A stretch of 35,666 bases of DNA from Octopus bimaculoides (lineage: Eukaryota). The notes under the pieces are model-generated. The model did not search any database. It was not told where the DNA came from and worked only from the letters and a program-made list of their open reading frames with translations. Numbering within the stretch: position 1 is the stretch's first letter; each line of letters begins with the position of its first letter. This document shows, in pieces, positions 11,595 to 22,074 of the stretch. The DNA lies in the NCBI RefSeq assembly GCF_001194135.2, contig NC_068992.1, forward strand, positions 30,300,575 through 30,336,240, written 5' to 3'. The translations under genes and the position numbers were made by a program.

Positions 11595-11643
11595 TGTTGT
11601 GTGTGCGTGTGTGTATGTATATATATATATATGTGTGTGTGTG

Positions 11644-11695
<52 letters not shown>

Positions 11696-11872
11696 NNNNN
11701 NNNNNNNNNNNNNNNNNNNNNNNNNNNNNNNNNNNNNNNNNNNNNNNNNNNAGAGAGAGAGAGAGAGAGAAAGAGAGATATAATGGATAATAAAACGAAT
11801 ACTTACAACTGGTAGCAGCTTACTGGTACAGCACGGTCACTTTCACAGTGATCGTAATGTGTATGGCAAATC

Positions 11873-13110
11873 AAAGACGGAAGATGGAATAAAAGAGTAT
11901 TTATTATTAATCAGGACAATTGTTTCGACACATCTAGCAGCGCTTCCTCATGGGTAGGACACTCAACAACTGGTTCAGGGGCATCCAGCGGTGCTGATGT
12001 ATATTGTCGGGTGACAAACATATACGACTCATTAAAATAACTGTTCCGCAGTGTAACTTCCCGTTTGGTAGAAATAAAAGCAGCCAGTCGGAGGAAATAT
12101 CTTCATTTATATGAGAGATCAGAAATAAAATCACAGATAGCAAAAAAGAGAAACGAACACGCAATCCAACTAGAAAATATCAAATAAGTGAAGGCATTAA
12201 CAAATATGGAGATATAAACGTTCTCGGGCAAGCTGTATGGTGCGAGTACACTCGCTAATACAAGCATCCGCAAAAATGTGAGCATACGCACACGTGAGGT
12301 GCACTCATGATCACAAATCATGTTAGTTTTTTTTCTATTTGGTGTTTGTAAGAATGGGGAGGTTACAGGTAAATTTAAGTCATCCATACCTTAAAGTAAA
12401 TTAAATTATGTTAACGGCTACTCAAAATTCATTCCAAATGCATTGTGGAATATATATGTGCGAAAGTACATATATATGCGCTTAGGAATCTCTAGAGCCT
12501 TTCAGAAATTCTATCAATGATCTTCTCGTTAGTCCGCAGATTAGACGGAGATTCCTCGGAGCAGAGACGGTATCTCCTGAAAATCATATTGTAAGGCTTC
12601 GCGTATCTTACTTACTATGTACCAATTTATGCTGTACTTCATTTTATCCTCCTTCAGTCGTCATAGAAAATCTGCCAAATAGGTTGAATGTCTCTTATGC
12701 ATTGTCTTAAAGCTGGCAACATATTTACGATAACGATTCTTAAATGAATCAGCCATCTGCCCAATGTAAACATACTGCTCTTCCTTTGTGTACATGGTAC
12801 ATTTATATACAAGATTCGTACTCATACAGAGATTAATCAAAGGACATTTTGGTTTATCTCTGCATGAGCATTTATCGTATCTATTTGTATATAAGGCAGT
12901 CCCGACTCCATTTACCAGCGTTGTTACCGTGCCGTGATAGCTGTATCATAAGTATTTCTACTACTACAAATTAATTGTAATTGCTGTTTATCTTTGCGGA
13001 TTACATCTCCTTGGTTGTTATTTAGACGAAAATGTTCGCTAGATCCAGTGGGGGGGGGTATTGAACATTTTCCGGATTTTGCAATTGTTTATACGATGCA
13101 TAAGCTGCTC
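11873..13110 (-). mobile_element. Penelope-like element, decayed 3' portion (GIY-YIG domain plus long 3' region) not shown by the ORF track
   Basis: Manual minus-strand translation of 12900 to 12540: DKCSCRDKPKCPLINLCMSTNLVYKCTMYTKEEQYVYIGQMADSFKNRYRKYVASFKTMHKRHSTYLADFL*RLKEDKMKYSINWYIVSK / AKPYNMIFRRYRLCSEE. This contains the C.CR.K..CPL...C, VY...YIG and LK....Y.I.W motifs typical of PLE endonucleases. Confidence 0.9.
11910..11958 (-). ncRNA. Degenerate minimal type I hammerhead-ribozyme-like motif in the PLE terminus (left arm)
   Basis: ccCATGAGgaagcgctgctagatgtgtCGAAAC-AATT-GTC. It has the GAAA core half, a short helix III with palindromic loop and a GUC triplet; the CUGAUGA half is imperfect. 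Followed by AATAAA. Confidence 0.45.
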
Positions 13111-13339
13111 TAAATGAGGAAGGTTACCGTAGGTTACCTTCACGGTATGTCGATTAAAAACAGCTTGATACCGATAAGATTTATGAAAAGCAGCAAAAAC
13201 AAAAGCAGCAAAGAACAAAAAACCGCAAAAAAAAAAATTTCAGCGATCTTCATTGAAATGTGTGAACCGAAAATCGGGTTGAACCAGAGGACATCCTAAT
13301 TCCAGTATGTGTTGTTAGGCTTACTTCATCGAGTGTGTT

Positions 13340-14116
13340 GTACAGGATTGGTACAAGTAGTTGGATTATTATGTCTCATGTATATAAGAGCTTTCGTCGG
13401 TAATTAATATGACCAATATTTCCTTGACTGCATTCTTTATCTGAGTGAGTTCTCAAGCTGTGACATTGCGGTGGACTATCGAGAATATCATTAATATAAT
13501 TTCTGAACGACTCTAGATATGCCTAAACGTATATAAATCTACTTTCGCACAATGCAGTTGGAATGAATTTTGAGAAACCGTTGACATAATTTAATTTACT
13601 TTAAGTTATGGATGACTTAAGTTTACCTTTAACCTCCCCATTCTTAAAAAACACCAAGTAGAAAAAAAGCTAACTGGATTTGTGAACATGAGTGCACCAA
13701 ACCTCACGTGTGCATATACTCACATTTTTGCGGATGCTTGTTTGAGCGAGTGTACTCGTGCTATGGAGCTTGCCCGAGGGCGTTTGTAACTCCATATTTG
13801 TTAACGGTTAATTTTAGTACGTTTTTGCATTGGATTGCGTATTCGTTTGTCTTTTTGCCATCTGCGATTTTATTTAGATCTTTCATATAAATGAAGATAT
13901 TTCCTCCGACCGGCTGCTTATTTTAAACGGGAAGTTACATTGCGGAACTTTTATTTTCACGAGTTGTATTTGTTATCAGCCGACAATATATATCTGCACC
14001 ACTGGATGCTCCTGAACCAGTTGTTGAGTGTCTCACCTATGAGGAATTGATGCTAAATGTGCCGAAACAATTGTCGTGATCAATGATAGCTTCTTCTATA
14101 TTCCATCTTCCGTCTC
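13340..14116 (+). mobile_element. Inverted copy of the 3' region (pseudo-LTR-like) of the PLE at 11873-13110
   Basis: 13465-14116 is the reverse complement of about 11873-12545, roughly 75-80% identical by eye (e.g. GACGGAAGATGGAATA at 11876 vs TATTCCATCTTCCGTC at 14099). Weaker match continues inward to about 13340/12640. Confidence 0.88.
14033..14079 (+). ncRNA. Degenerate minimal type I hammerhead-ribozyme-like motif in the PLE terminus (right arm)
   Basis: TCAC-CT(-)ATGA-GG...CC-GAAAC-AATT-GTC-GTGA. Helix I TCAC/GTGA, a core missing G5, GG/CC at the base of helix II, GUC ending at 14075. Confidence 0.5.
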
Positions 14117-14600
14117 CTTCTAGTGTTGTCACTTTTTAATTTTATATACATGTGTGTATGTGTATATCAATTCCACATCCATATATATTTGAAGTGGTCG
14201 CCATGACTAACTCACCAATTTTCTCAGCAGATAAATTTAAACTAGTATATAGCTGCAATGACTAATTTCTGGCAGGAAATTTCAAGGGACTCAACTCGAA
14301 ATTCACATCTAATTAAAGTTAGAAATGGGCGTACAGTGTTCAGTGAGTCTGATCTTTGCCAATTACGGTGACACCTCCGGTCATATATCAATCTCATTAG
14401 TAAGATTCACAAATGCGTTCTTCCCTTCGCTATAGAGCAGACATACAAATTGACAAAAAGAAAAATGGAAACCATGTCACTGATTTACCAACTTAAACTA
14501 AAGTCTTGAGAAGTCTGACTATTGCATTGTAAAAAATATATGCTATACTGACAAACATATATTTAATTATTCTTGAGTAGCAAGAGAACTAACATTCCGT

Positions 14601-14638
<38 letters not shown>

Positions 14639-14784
14639 ATGTGTGTGCATAAATGCGTCTCTATCTCTCCCTCTCTCTCTCCGTCTCTCTCCCTCAGTCT
14701 GTCTGTCTGTCTGTCTGTCTCGCTATCTATATATATATATACACACACGCACATACATACATGCATACATCCATACATGCACAC

Positions 14785-15160
14785 AAATAAAAGAAGAAAA
14801 AGAAGATGGATATTGGTAGTTAATAATTTTGTATTATTAATAGCAAATTAATCATCTTCACTTACAGCTGTTTCAATTAATACTCAGTAAATATTATTGA
14901 ACTATTAAATTTATATTTATATGACCTGTGCATTATATCTTCAGATGCAAAAAAGTATACATTTGGATGTTTTTCATGAGTTATAGATTCATTATATGAG
15001 ATTCATAATATGGATATTATGCTCATATGATATAAATTTAATATTTACTTGATATTTATTTGAGTATTAACTGAAACAGATGTACTTCAAGATGATTATT
15101 TTGCTGTTAATAATAAACAATTATCAACTTCCCAATATTCATTTTCTTCTTCTTTTATAT
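14785..15160. mobile_element. Approximately 375-bp AT-rich fold-back element (arms 14785-14925 and 15022-15160), related to the PLE terminus at 18500-18625
   Basis: aatcatcttcacttacagctgtttcaattaatactca vs the reverse complement of tgagtattaactgaaacagatgtacttcaagatgatt; the match extends across about 140 bp. The left arm aligns with 18500-18625. Confidence 0.8.
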
Positions 15161-15168
15161 GAATATAA

Positions 15169-15556
15169 GGAGGGGCAATGGCCCAGTAGTTAGGGCAGCG
15201 GACTCCCGGTCATAGGATCGCGGTTTCGATTCCCAGACCGGGCGTTGTGAGTGTTTATTGAGCGAAAACACCTAAAGCTCCACGAGGCTCCGCAGGGGAT
15301 GGTGGAGAAACCTGCTGTACTCTTCCACCACAATTTTCTCTCACTCACTTCCTGTTTCTGTTGTGCCTGTAATTCAAAGGGTCACCCTTGTCACACTGTG
15401 TCACTCTGAATATCCCCGAGAGCTAACTACCTTAAGGGTACACGTGTCTGTGGAGTGCTCAGCCACTTGCACGTTAATTTCACCTGCAGGCTGTTCCGTT
15501 GATGGCATCAACTGGAACCCTCAACGTCGTAAGCGACGGAGTGCCAAAAAATAAAA
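15169..15556 (+). mobile_element. tRNA-derived SINE, family A, full length, with 12-bp target-site duplication
   Basis: Head GGAGGGGCAATGGCCCAGTAGTTAGGGCAGCGGACTCCCGGTC...GGTTTCGATTCCC, A-rich tail, and TSD ATATGAATATAA at 15157-15168 and 15557-15568. Confidence 0.92.
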
Positions 15557-15568
15557 ATATGAATATAA

Positions 15569-15720
15569 ACTATAAGTTTTCAGCATGGCCGCAGCTCTAA
15601 GTTGAAACTTTAAAAAAGAAATTAAAAAACACCTTTAATTTAAGGGCAATAATTCCCCAAAATCCTAGGTATTTACTTGGATTACACCATCCTTTCATAA
15701 GGTTAACACAACAGCTGTCC
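15569..15720 (-). mobile_element. Continuation of the PLE terminal sequence interrupted by the SINE (reverse complement of 18385-18500)
   Basis: The minus strand ccttatgaaaggatggtgtaatcca...aatacctaggattttgggg matches cctcatgaagggatggtataatcca...aatacctaatattttgggg at 18392-18448. Confidence 0.7.
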
Positions 15721-16960
15721 GTATGTGTATANNNNNNNNNNNNNNNNNNNNNNNNNNNNNNNNNNNNNNNNNNNNNNNNNNNNNNNNNNNNNNNNNNNNN
15801 NNNNNNNNNNNNTATATATATATATATATATATATGCAAATATTTCAAGTATTCCCATGAGGAATTATTTGTGTGTTATTTAGCTTTAGGTTTATCATTT
15901 TACTTTTCGCACATAAACGATGGCTGTGGAGCGTAACTTAAATCTTGGAAGATTGGGTGTTTGCTTTCAACATGTACCAACCTACCCATATATAATTCAC
16001 GATATATGTTTGACAATTGAAATGAAATCATATAAATAGATTCTATAAAGATGACTATGATCCGATAAGAATATTTTGCAAAATGATTTTAAAGAATTTC
16101 CGTAGCTATCAAAACAATAATTTTGAATATCAATTTTAGAACAAATATGGTTAGCGTTAATCAAATTCAGTTTATTACTATTTGATATGCTTACTACAAA
16201 CGTTACAGCATGTATGAGCATGCAGCTCTGAAGTAATGGTAAATGCCGATATCATTGTACAGGTTCCGATCACTACAATCTTTCTGCAGATTAGCGACGC
16301 ATCTAAAACGCCATCATACACTGTGAAGCGCGTATGTATGCAAAAAAGTATCAATATAAATTGAGGTTTTTAACAACACGCACTAAGGTTAGTCTTTAAT
16401 CTAAAACTAGTTTATGGAGATCACCACATGAAAGCTGAAGTTATCGTGTCTATTTTCACATTTCTGAAATATGTTATATGTAAACATGTGTATATATATT
16501 TATATAACATAACTATATGACAATATTCATAAACATTGTTGCCTTCTAAATCCCGGTCAATGTTGCTACATATGTGTCATGCTAATTATCATTAAAAAAA
16601 TAATTCATGGCATTAATGACTCAATATATTATTGTATATGCTTGACTATTATTTCTACCGCTGAAATTATTCATACTGATTCCACCCATAATATATCTTT
16701 GAAATAAGTGCAATCGCCTTATTACTAAATTCCCAACTGTCAACCAATTGTTTTCTTTGTGCTGAAAACATTTGAATGGTTTAGATACTGAAACGCTGTG
16801 TTGCAAATGAGACTGAGAAAAAGAAAAAATAGAATATAATCGCCAGTTTTCTTGTTAATTAAACAAAGTTATTTGCTGGCTGTTTCTCATTTGTGAGCTT
16901 GGAATGATTCCCAGTGGTAAAAATGATACTTTACTTCCTTATTACGGCGTCCACACTTTT

Positions 16961-17191
16961 TCAAATACCATTTACTTCATTGCAGTAATGTCTCCATTCT
17001 GAAAATGTATTGTTGTTTGGTTGTGGAAGATACTTACAAACAATTTCCCGGTTAATGATTGGTGTCTTGTACGAAATATTCAATGGCATACAGATTTTAA
17101 ATAATTGTGTGTCGTCTGTTCTCTCTGAATAGTCGCCATTGCGCAGAGAAAACAAGAGAGGTTGTATTGGAATAACTAAACCACTAACCAA
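16961..17191 (-). CDS. 76-codon ORF overlapping candidate symmetric phase-1 exons (17124-17038 and 16998-16969) of an unidentified gene
   Basis: attCAG|AGAG...GTTT|GTAAGT (87 nt) and acattttCAG|AATGG...AATG|GTATTT (30 nt), both open. The 39-nt spacer is suspiciously short for an intron. Confidence 0.2.
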   Translation of the reverse strand: MVSGLVIPIQPLLFSLRNGDYSERTDDTQLFKICMPLNISYKTPIINREIVCKYLPQPNNNTFSEWRHYCNEVNGI

Positions 17192-18379
17192 CAGATGGTA
17201 TATATTTTCGATTTTATTTCTGCCTGCTTAAACATCAGATGATGTGAGGCATCATTAATATCGTTTGATCATAAAATAAGCAAAACATATTTGTTGTTAC
17301 TGCAAAGTTAAACTCTAGCGGTCAATATGTTACAAAATTAATAAATGTGGTAATCACAATACTTCGATGTTTTAATTAGATCTGTTTTAACATTTTTGCT
17401 AGTATTACATTGCTGCTAAGATCAGGACACAACTGTCAAACGAAACTCAACAACGTAATCAAAACGGACAAATCGCACGTTTATATTTTTGGAAAATTGG
17501 GGGGAAAAAACAGTATCAATCACGATTGCAAGGAAAACTTTCATCGGAGTTAACAGCATCTATCGGTTTTCGTCTCTTGTGGCAAGTAACTCACTATATG
17601 TCGCTGATTCCTCTGATATACAACGACAGAAGAGATTAATAATTCTTCATGCCAATCTTTTTACATTATTATCTTAAAGCTGGGACAAATCTGTTGTTAA
17701 GAATAGTTGTTCCTTTTCTTTTTTGTTTTCAATTCCATTAATTTATCTCTTTTTAACACTTTTCTTATTTGTATCGCTATATATTTCCACGTTATTCATT
17801 GTCAATGAAATACTAAATATCGCTTATAAAACAATGAGAAACTAATGATGATATACCAGTAAGACCCGAGGACCTGCATGTATACAGTTACTTTTCGATC
17901 ATATAAGTGCAGCAATGACTATAATATATGTAACGTTCAGTAACTACCAGCTGATACTGATGCAACTTATAATTGCTGTGGATATGATCATCAGCAGAAA
18001 GATAAAAGTATCTAATTGTTAATGATGTATTTCACTTCAGGGATAGAAGACTCGAAATCTGTGTTTTATATATATATATATATATATATTTACATATATA
18101 TNNNNNNNNNNNNNNNNNNNNNNNNNNNNNNNNNNNNNNNNNNNNNNNNNNNNNNNNNNNNNNNNNNNNNNNNNNNNNNNNNNNNNNNNNNNNNNNNNNN
18201 NNNNNNNNNNNNNNNNNNNNNNNNNNNNNNNNNNNNNNNNNNNNNNNNNNNNNNNNNNNNNNNNNNNNNNNNNNNNNNNNNNNNNNNNNNTATATATATA
18301 TATATATATGTATGTATGCATGTATGTATGTATGTATGTATGTATTTATGTATGTATGTATATATATAATTCATATACA

Positions 18380-19690
18380 GGTTAAGCTGGCCTCATGAAG
18401 GGATGGTATAATCCATGGAAATGCTGGTTCAATACCTAATATTTTGGGGGTAGGTTAAAATCCATAACATTAATAGGCTTATATATAAACCATGCTTTAT
18501 AATCATGCAAACGAAGAATAAGAAAACGGAGATATTGAATTTAATAAGAGTTTATTATCAGAAAATTTGATCATTATTCCTTACAGCTGTTTCAATTAAT
18601 CTCAGCGAAGTTAAATAGATATTAAAATCATATTTCCGACTCTCTAAATTATCCGCTAATGTTAACATTTTCAATAATAATGCTGACTTCTATAATTCGT
18701 CCTAGTATGAGGCAGGATATAAGGAGCAAATTAAGTATCATAACCTTCTTGATCCTAATTTAACTTCTATTGATTTGGTTGATAGATGTTATACAACTAC
18801 TACTAATAATATTACCCATAAAATTTCTTCTATAGGTAATAATCCAGATAATAATTCCTTATATGGAAATAGTAAAAACCCAACCCTGGTATCTTTTAAA
18901 ATCAACAGTCTATACTTACCCACTCTTTTTCAAAAAAAAAAAAAGAAAAAACGAAAATTCAGGAACTCCCTATAAATTGCATGATCCTTATAAAACTATT
19001 TGGGTTTTTTTTCCATAGGGAAAACAAATTAAAATTAACCTTTCTGATATGTTTCGTGAAGCCATTGAAAGGAACTTCCCCAAAAATTCGAGGCACCACT
19101 CTATTCTCAACTCACATCGTATCAGAATTTGTTTCTCCAACACTAATATTCTCCTAGAAATTATCTCCTCGCATAAAAAACTATATTCTTATTGGTAAAA
19201 GGTCTTCGCTTAATAACTATAATAACAATAATATTAATAATGATAATCACTTCTTAAATGATGATATCAATAGCAATATTACTTGTAATTGTGCTCCGAA
19301 TAAAAGTTGCGTTCTCAATGGAAATTTCAAAATTAAAAATGGTGTTTATCAATGTAATGTTTCTTCAGGAACTAAAGCATTTTTTAAAGTTGGACTGAAT
19401 TTAAGAGGAAAAAAAACGCTTAAAGAATCTTATTTCTGCATTTAAATATACTAATAAACTAATTTGGCATCTCAAAGATTGTAATAAACAATTTTCTTTG
19501 GATTGGGACGTTTTGTCAAGATCGATCTCTTATGATAAATGCAAATGTTTTTGTCCTCTTTGTACGGACGAACAACGATTTGTCATTTTTCCATGCACAT
19601 ATTGGTGAACAAATACAAAGGGCATGTTTAACGTTGTTTACATTAGAAAAAAAAAAACCCAACATTTTCGGCTGTTTCAAATAATATCTT
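18380..19690 (+). mobile_element. 5'-truncated, frameshifted Penelope-like element (RT thumb to GIY-YIG) with an inverted terminal segment at its 5' end
   Basis: RLSKLSANVNIFNNNADFYNSS*YEAGYKEQIKY (about 18635-18740); INLSDMFREAIERNFPKNSRHHSILNSHRIRICFSNTN (about 19035-19145); CNCAPNKSCVLNGNFKIKNGVYQCNV (about 19283-19360); SYDKCKCFCPLCTDEQRF (about 19528-19580). All are colinear with the PLE at 397-1568. Confidence 0.88.
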
Positions 19691-20012
19691 CCTCTTGCCT
19701 AATAATATCTGTAACTTTCACTTTATTCCTTTCATCCCATACCTTCCATTATTTCCTTTATAATTTCTATCCATTTCTCATTCACATTCTATTTGTTTAT
19801 CCCTCCTTTACTCCTTTAATTTTATTTCTCTCTTCCCTCTCTTCTTCTCTCGTCCTATGACGTCGAATTTCTTAACGGTATTTTAAAATTACTAGCTTTC
19901 CCTATCAACCTTTGGTTTTTCAAACATTATATATTATACGTTATAATTTCTTAGGCGCTTATGTGACATTTGGCTACCCTGGTAACTATGTACCTCTAGA
20001 CCTTTCCTTGTA

Positions 20013-20252
20013 AATTAAACACACACACACACACACACATACACACACACACACACACACACTCACACACACACACACATACACACACATACACACATAC
20101 ACATACACACATATATATACACACATATATATATATATACATATATACACACATGTACATATATATATAATTTATATATATATAGTATATGTATATATAT
20201 ACGTACACAAACACACACACACACACACACACACATGTATATATATATATAT
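20013..20252. repeat. Compound (CA)n/(TA)n microsatellite
   Basis: Direct read. Confidence 0.95.
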
Positions 20253-20579
20253 AGAATAATGAAGAGTTCTTGGTACAGTACTATATATGTTTGAAAGAAT
20301 GAGTAGAGATGACGTTTTTTCGTGTAATTTCTATTTTAATCATGATATTAATATTTAGAATGAATTATTATGATATGGGTTTCAAGCTTCATGTAGCCGT
20401 TTTCAAACTGAAAAATGTGTGATTTACTGGTTGCTTAAATACCAAAAGATATTTTCTTAGAAGTATACATACAAAATATACACAGAAAAGAGAAAATGAT
20501 ATAAAAAAAATGAATAGAAATAAACAATAAAATGATATAAAGAAATAAAAATAAAATATATAAGATATATAAAGAATAC

Positions 20580-20790
20580 GGAAGCAGGAAAGGAGAAAGA
20601 GGAAGGAGGAAGAGGAGAAGAAGGACGAGGAGGAGAAGAAGGAGAGGAAGAAGAAGGAGACGAAGAAGAAGAAGAAGAAGAAGAAGAAGAAGAAGAAAAA
20701 GAAGAAGAAAAAGAAGAAGAAAGAGAACCACCAGGATAACACAAGCAAAAAAGAAAGAAGGCGAAGGAGGGGAATAGCAGAGAAAAAAGT
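20580..20790. repeat. Purine-rich (GAA/GGA)n low-complexity tract
   Basis: Direct read; explains the spurious poly-F/L/S ORFs on the minus strand. Confidence 0.92.
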
Positions 20791-22029
20791 AAATGAATTG
20801 AAGAAAACATAAATATATAATTGAAAAAAAAGATTAGTAGGTATTGAGAACAGTGGGTGTTGGGGAGAATTAAATCTATCAAGAATAACCAAATGGAAAA
20901 GTTAGGAATGGTCAGTATTGTGCTCTTGTCAAAATTTGACCTGCGAGGTGAAGTCACCGATTCAGTTCTAAATAGGTGGGCTGGTGCATTCACACGCAAA
21001 CACAAACACACACACGCTCTTCATATTTTGCATTTTTTATATATANNNNNNNNNNNNNNNNNNNNNNNNNNNNNNNNNNNNNNNNNNNNNNNNNNNNNNN
21101 NNNNNNNNNNNNNNNNNNNNNNNNNNNNNNNNNNNNNNNNNNNNNNNNNNNNNNNNNNNNNNNNNNNNNNNNNNNNNNNNNNNNNNNNNNNNNNNNNNNN
21201 NNNNNNNNNNNNNNNNNNNNNNNNNNNNNNNNNNNNNNNNNNNNNNNNNNNNNNNNNNNNNNNNNNNNNNNNNNNNNNNNNNNNNNNNNNNNNNNNNNNN
21301 NNNNNNNNNNNNNNNNNNNNNNNNNNNNNNNNNNNNNNNNNNNNNNNNNNNNNNNNNNNNNNNNNNNNNNNNNNNNNNNNNNNNNNNNNNNNNNNNNNNN
21401 NNNNNNNNNNNNNNNNNNNNNNNNNNNNNNNNNNNNNNNNNNNNNNNNNNNNNNNNNNNNNNNNNNNNNNNNNNNNNNNNNNNNNNNNNNNNNNNNNNNN
21501 NNNNNNNNNNNNNNNNNNNNNNNNNNNNNNNNNNNNNNNNNNNNNNNNNNNNNNNNNNNNNNNNNNNNNNNNNNNNNNNNNNNNNNNNNNNNNNNNNNNN
21601 NNNNNNNNNNNNNNNNNNNNNNNNNNNNNNNNNNNNNNNNNNNNNNNNNNNNNNNNNNNNNNNNNNNNNNNNNNNNNNNNNNNNNNNNNNNNNNNNNNNN
21701 NNNNNNNNNNNNNNNNNNNNNNNNNNNNNNNNNNNNNNNNNNNNNNNNNNNNNNNNNNNNNNNNNNNNNNNNTATATATAGACGTTTATCTCTCTGTGCA
21801 TGTTCATCAAATGAAATCGTAATTGTTTATATCTGTAATGTTTTCAGCTGTTTGATGACAGTACTGAATTTAAATGACCTCCTTAAGTTGAGAATTTTGT
21901 ATACCTTGTAGATATTCTGCCATTCATTTCTGCCGTATTGAAACACTATTGCAGCTGTAGAGTTTGTGAATAATGTATTCCTAACATATTTAACAATTTC
22001 TATTTGAAATTATTTCATTTATTACTCAG

Positions 22030-22074
22030 ATGATTGTCTTATCGTTATAGAAGAAATTGCAATGTACGAGAAAG
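22030..22074 (+). CDS. Candidate 45-nt symmetric phase-1 exon (xDCLIVIEEIAMYEK)
   Basis: atttcatttattactCAG acceptor, AAG|GTATAG donor, open frame. Confidence 0.2.

Noticed and set aside
11934-12164. ORF MRVRFSFLLSVILFLISH... resembling a signal-peptide protein
   Set aside because: It lies in the PLE 3' non-coding region, and the frame is not preserved in the inverted copy at 13.8-14.1 kb.
13200-13299. KKISAIFIEMCEPKIGLNQR as the C-terminus of a Neptune/Poseidon-type GIY-YIG
   Set aside because: Similarity too weak and short to support by eye.
15169-15250. SINE heads as tRNA genes
   Set aside because: They continue into SINE bodies, have a TSD and lack an acceptor stem.
18393-18430. CTCATGA-AG-GGAT-GGTATA-ATCC-ATG-GAAA as a second hammerhead
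   Set aside because: Core mismatch, no helix III or NUH triplet, GAAA absent from the homologous copy at about 15670-15700, and antisense to the other motif in the same terminal unit.
20389-21011. Poly-Phe/Leu/Ser ORFs that look like membrane or low-complexity proteins
   Set aside because: They are translations of the antisense of a (GAA/GGA)n tract.
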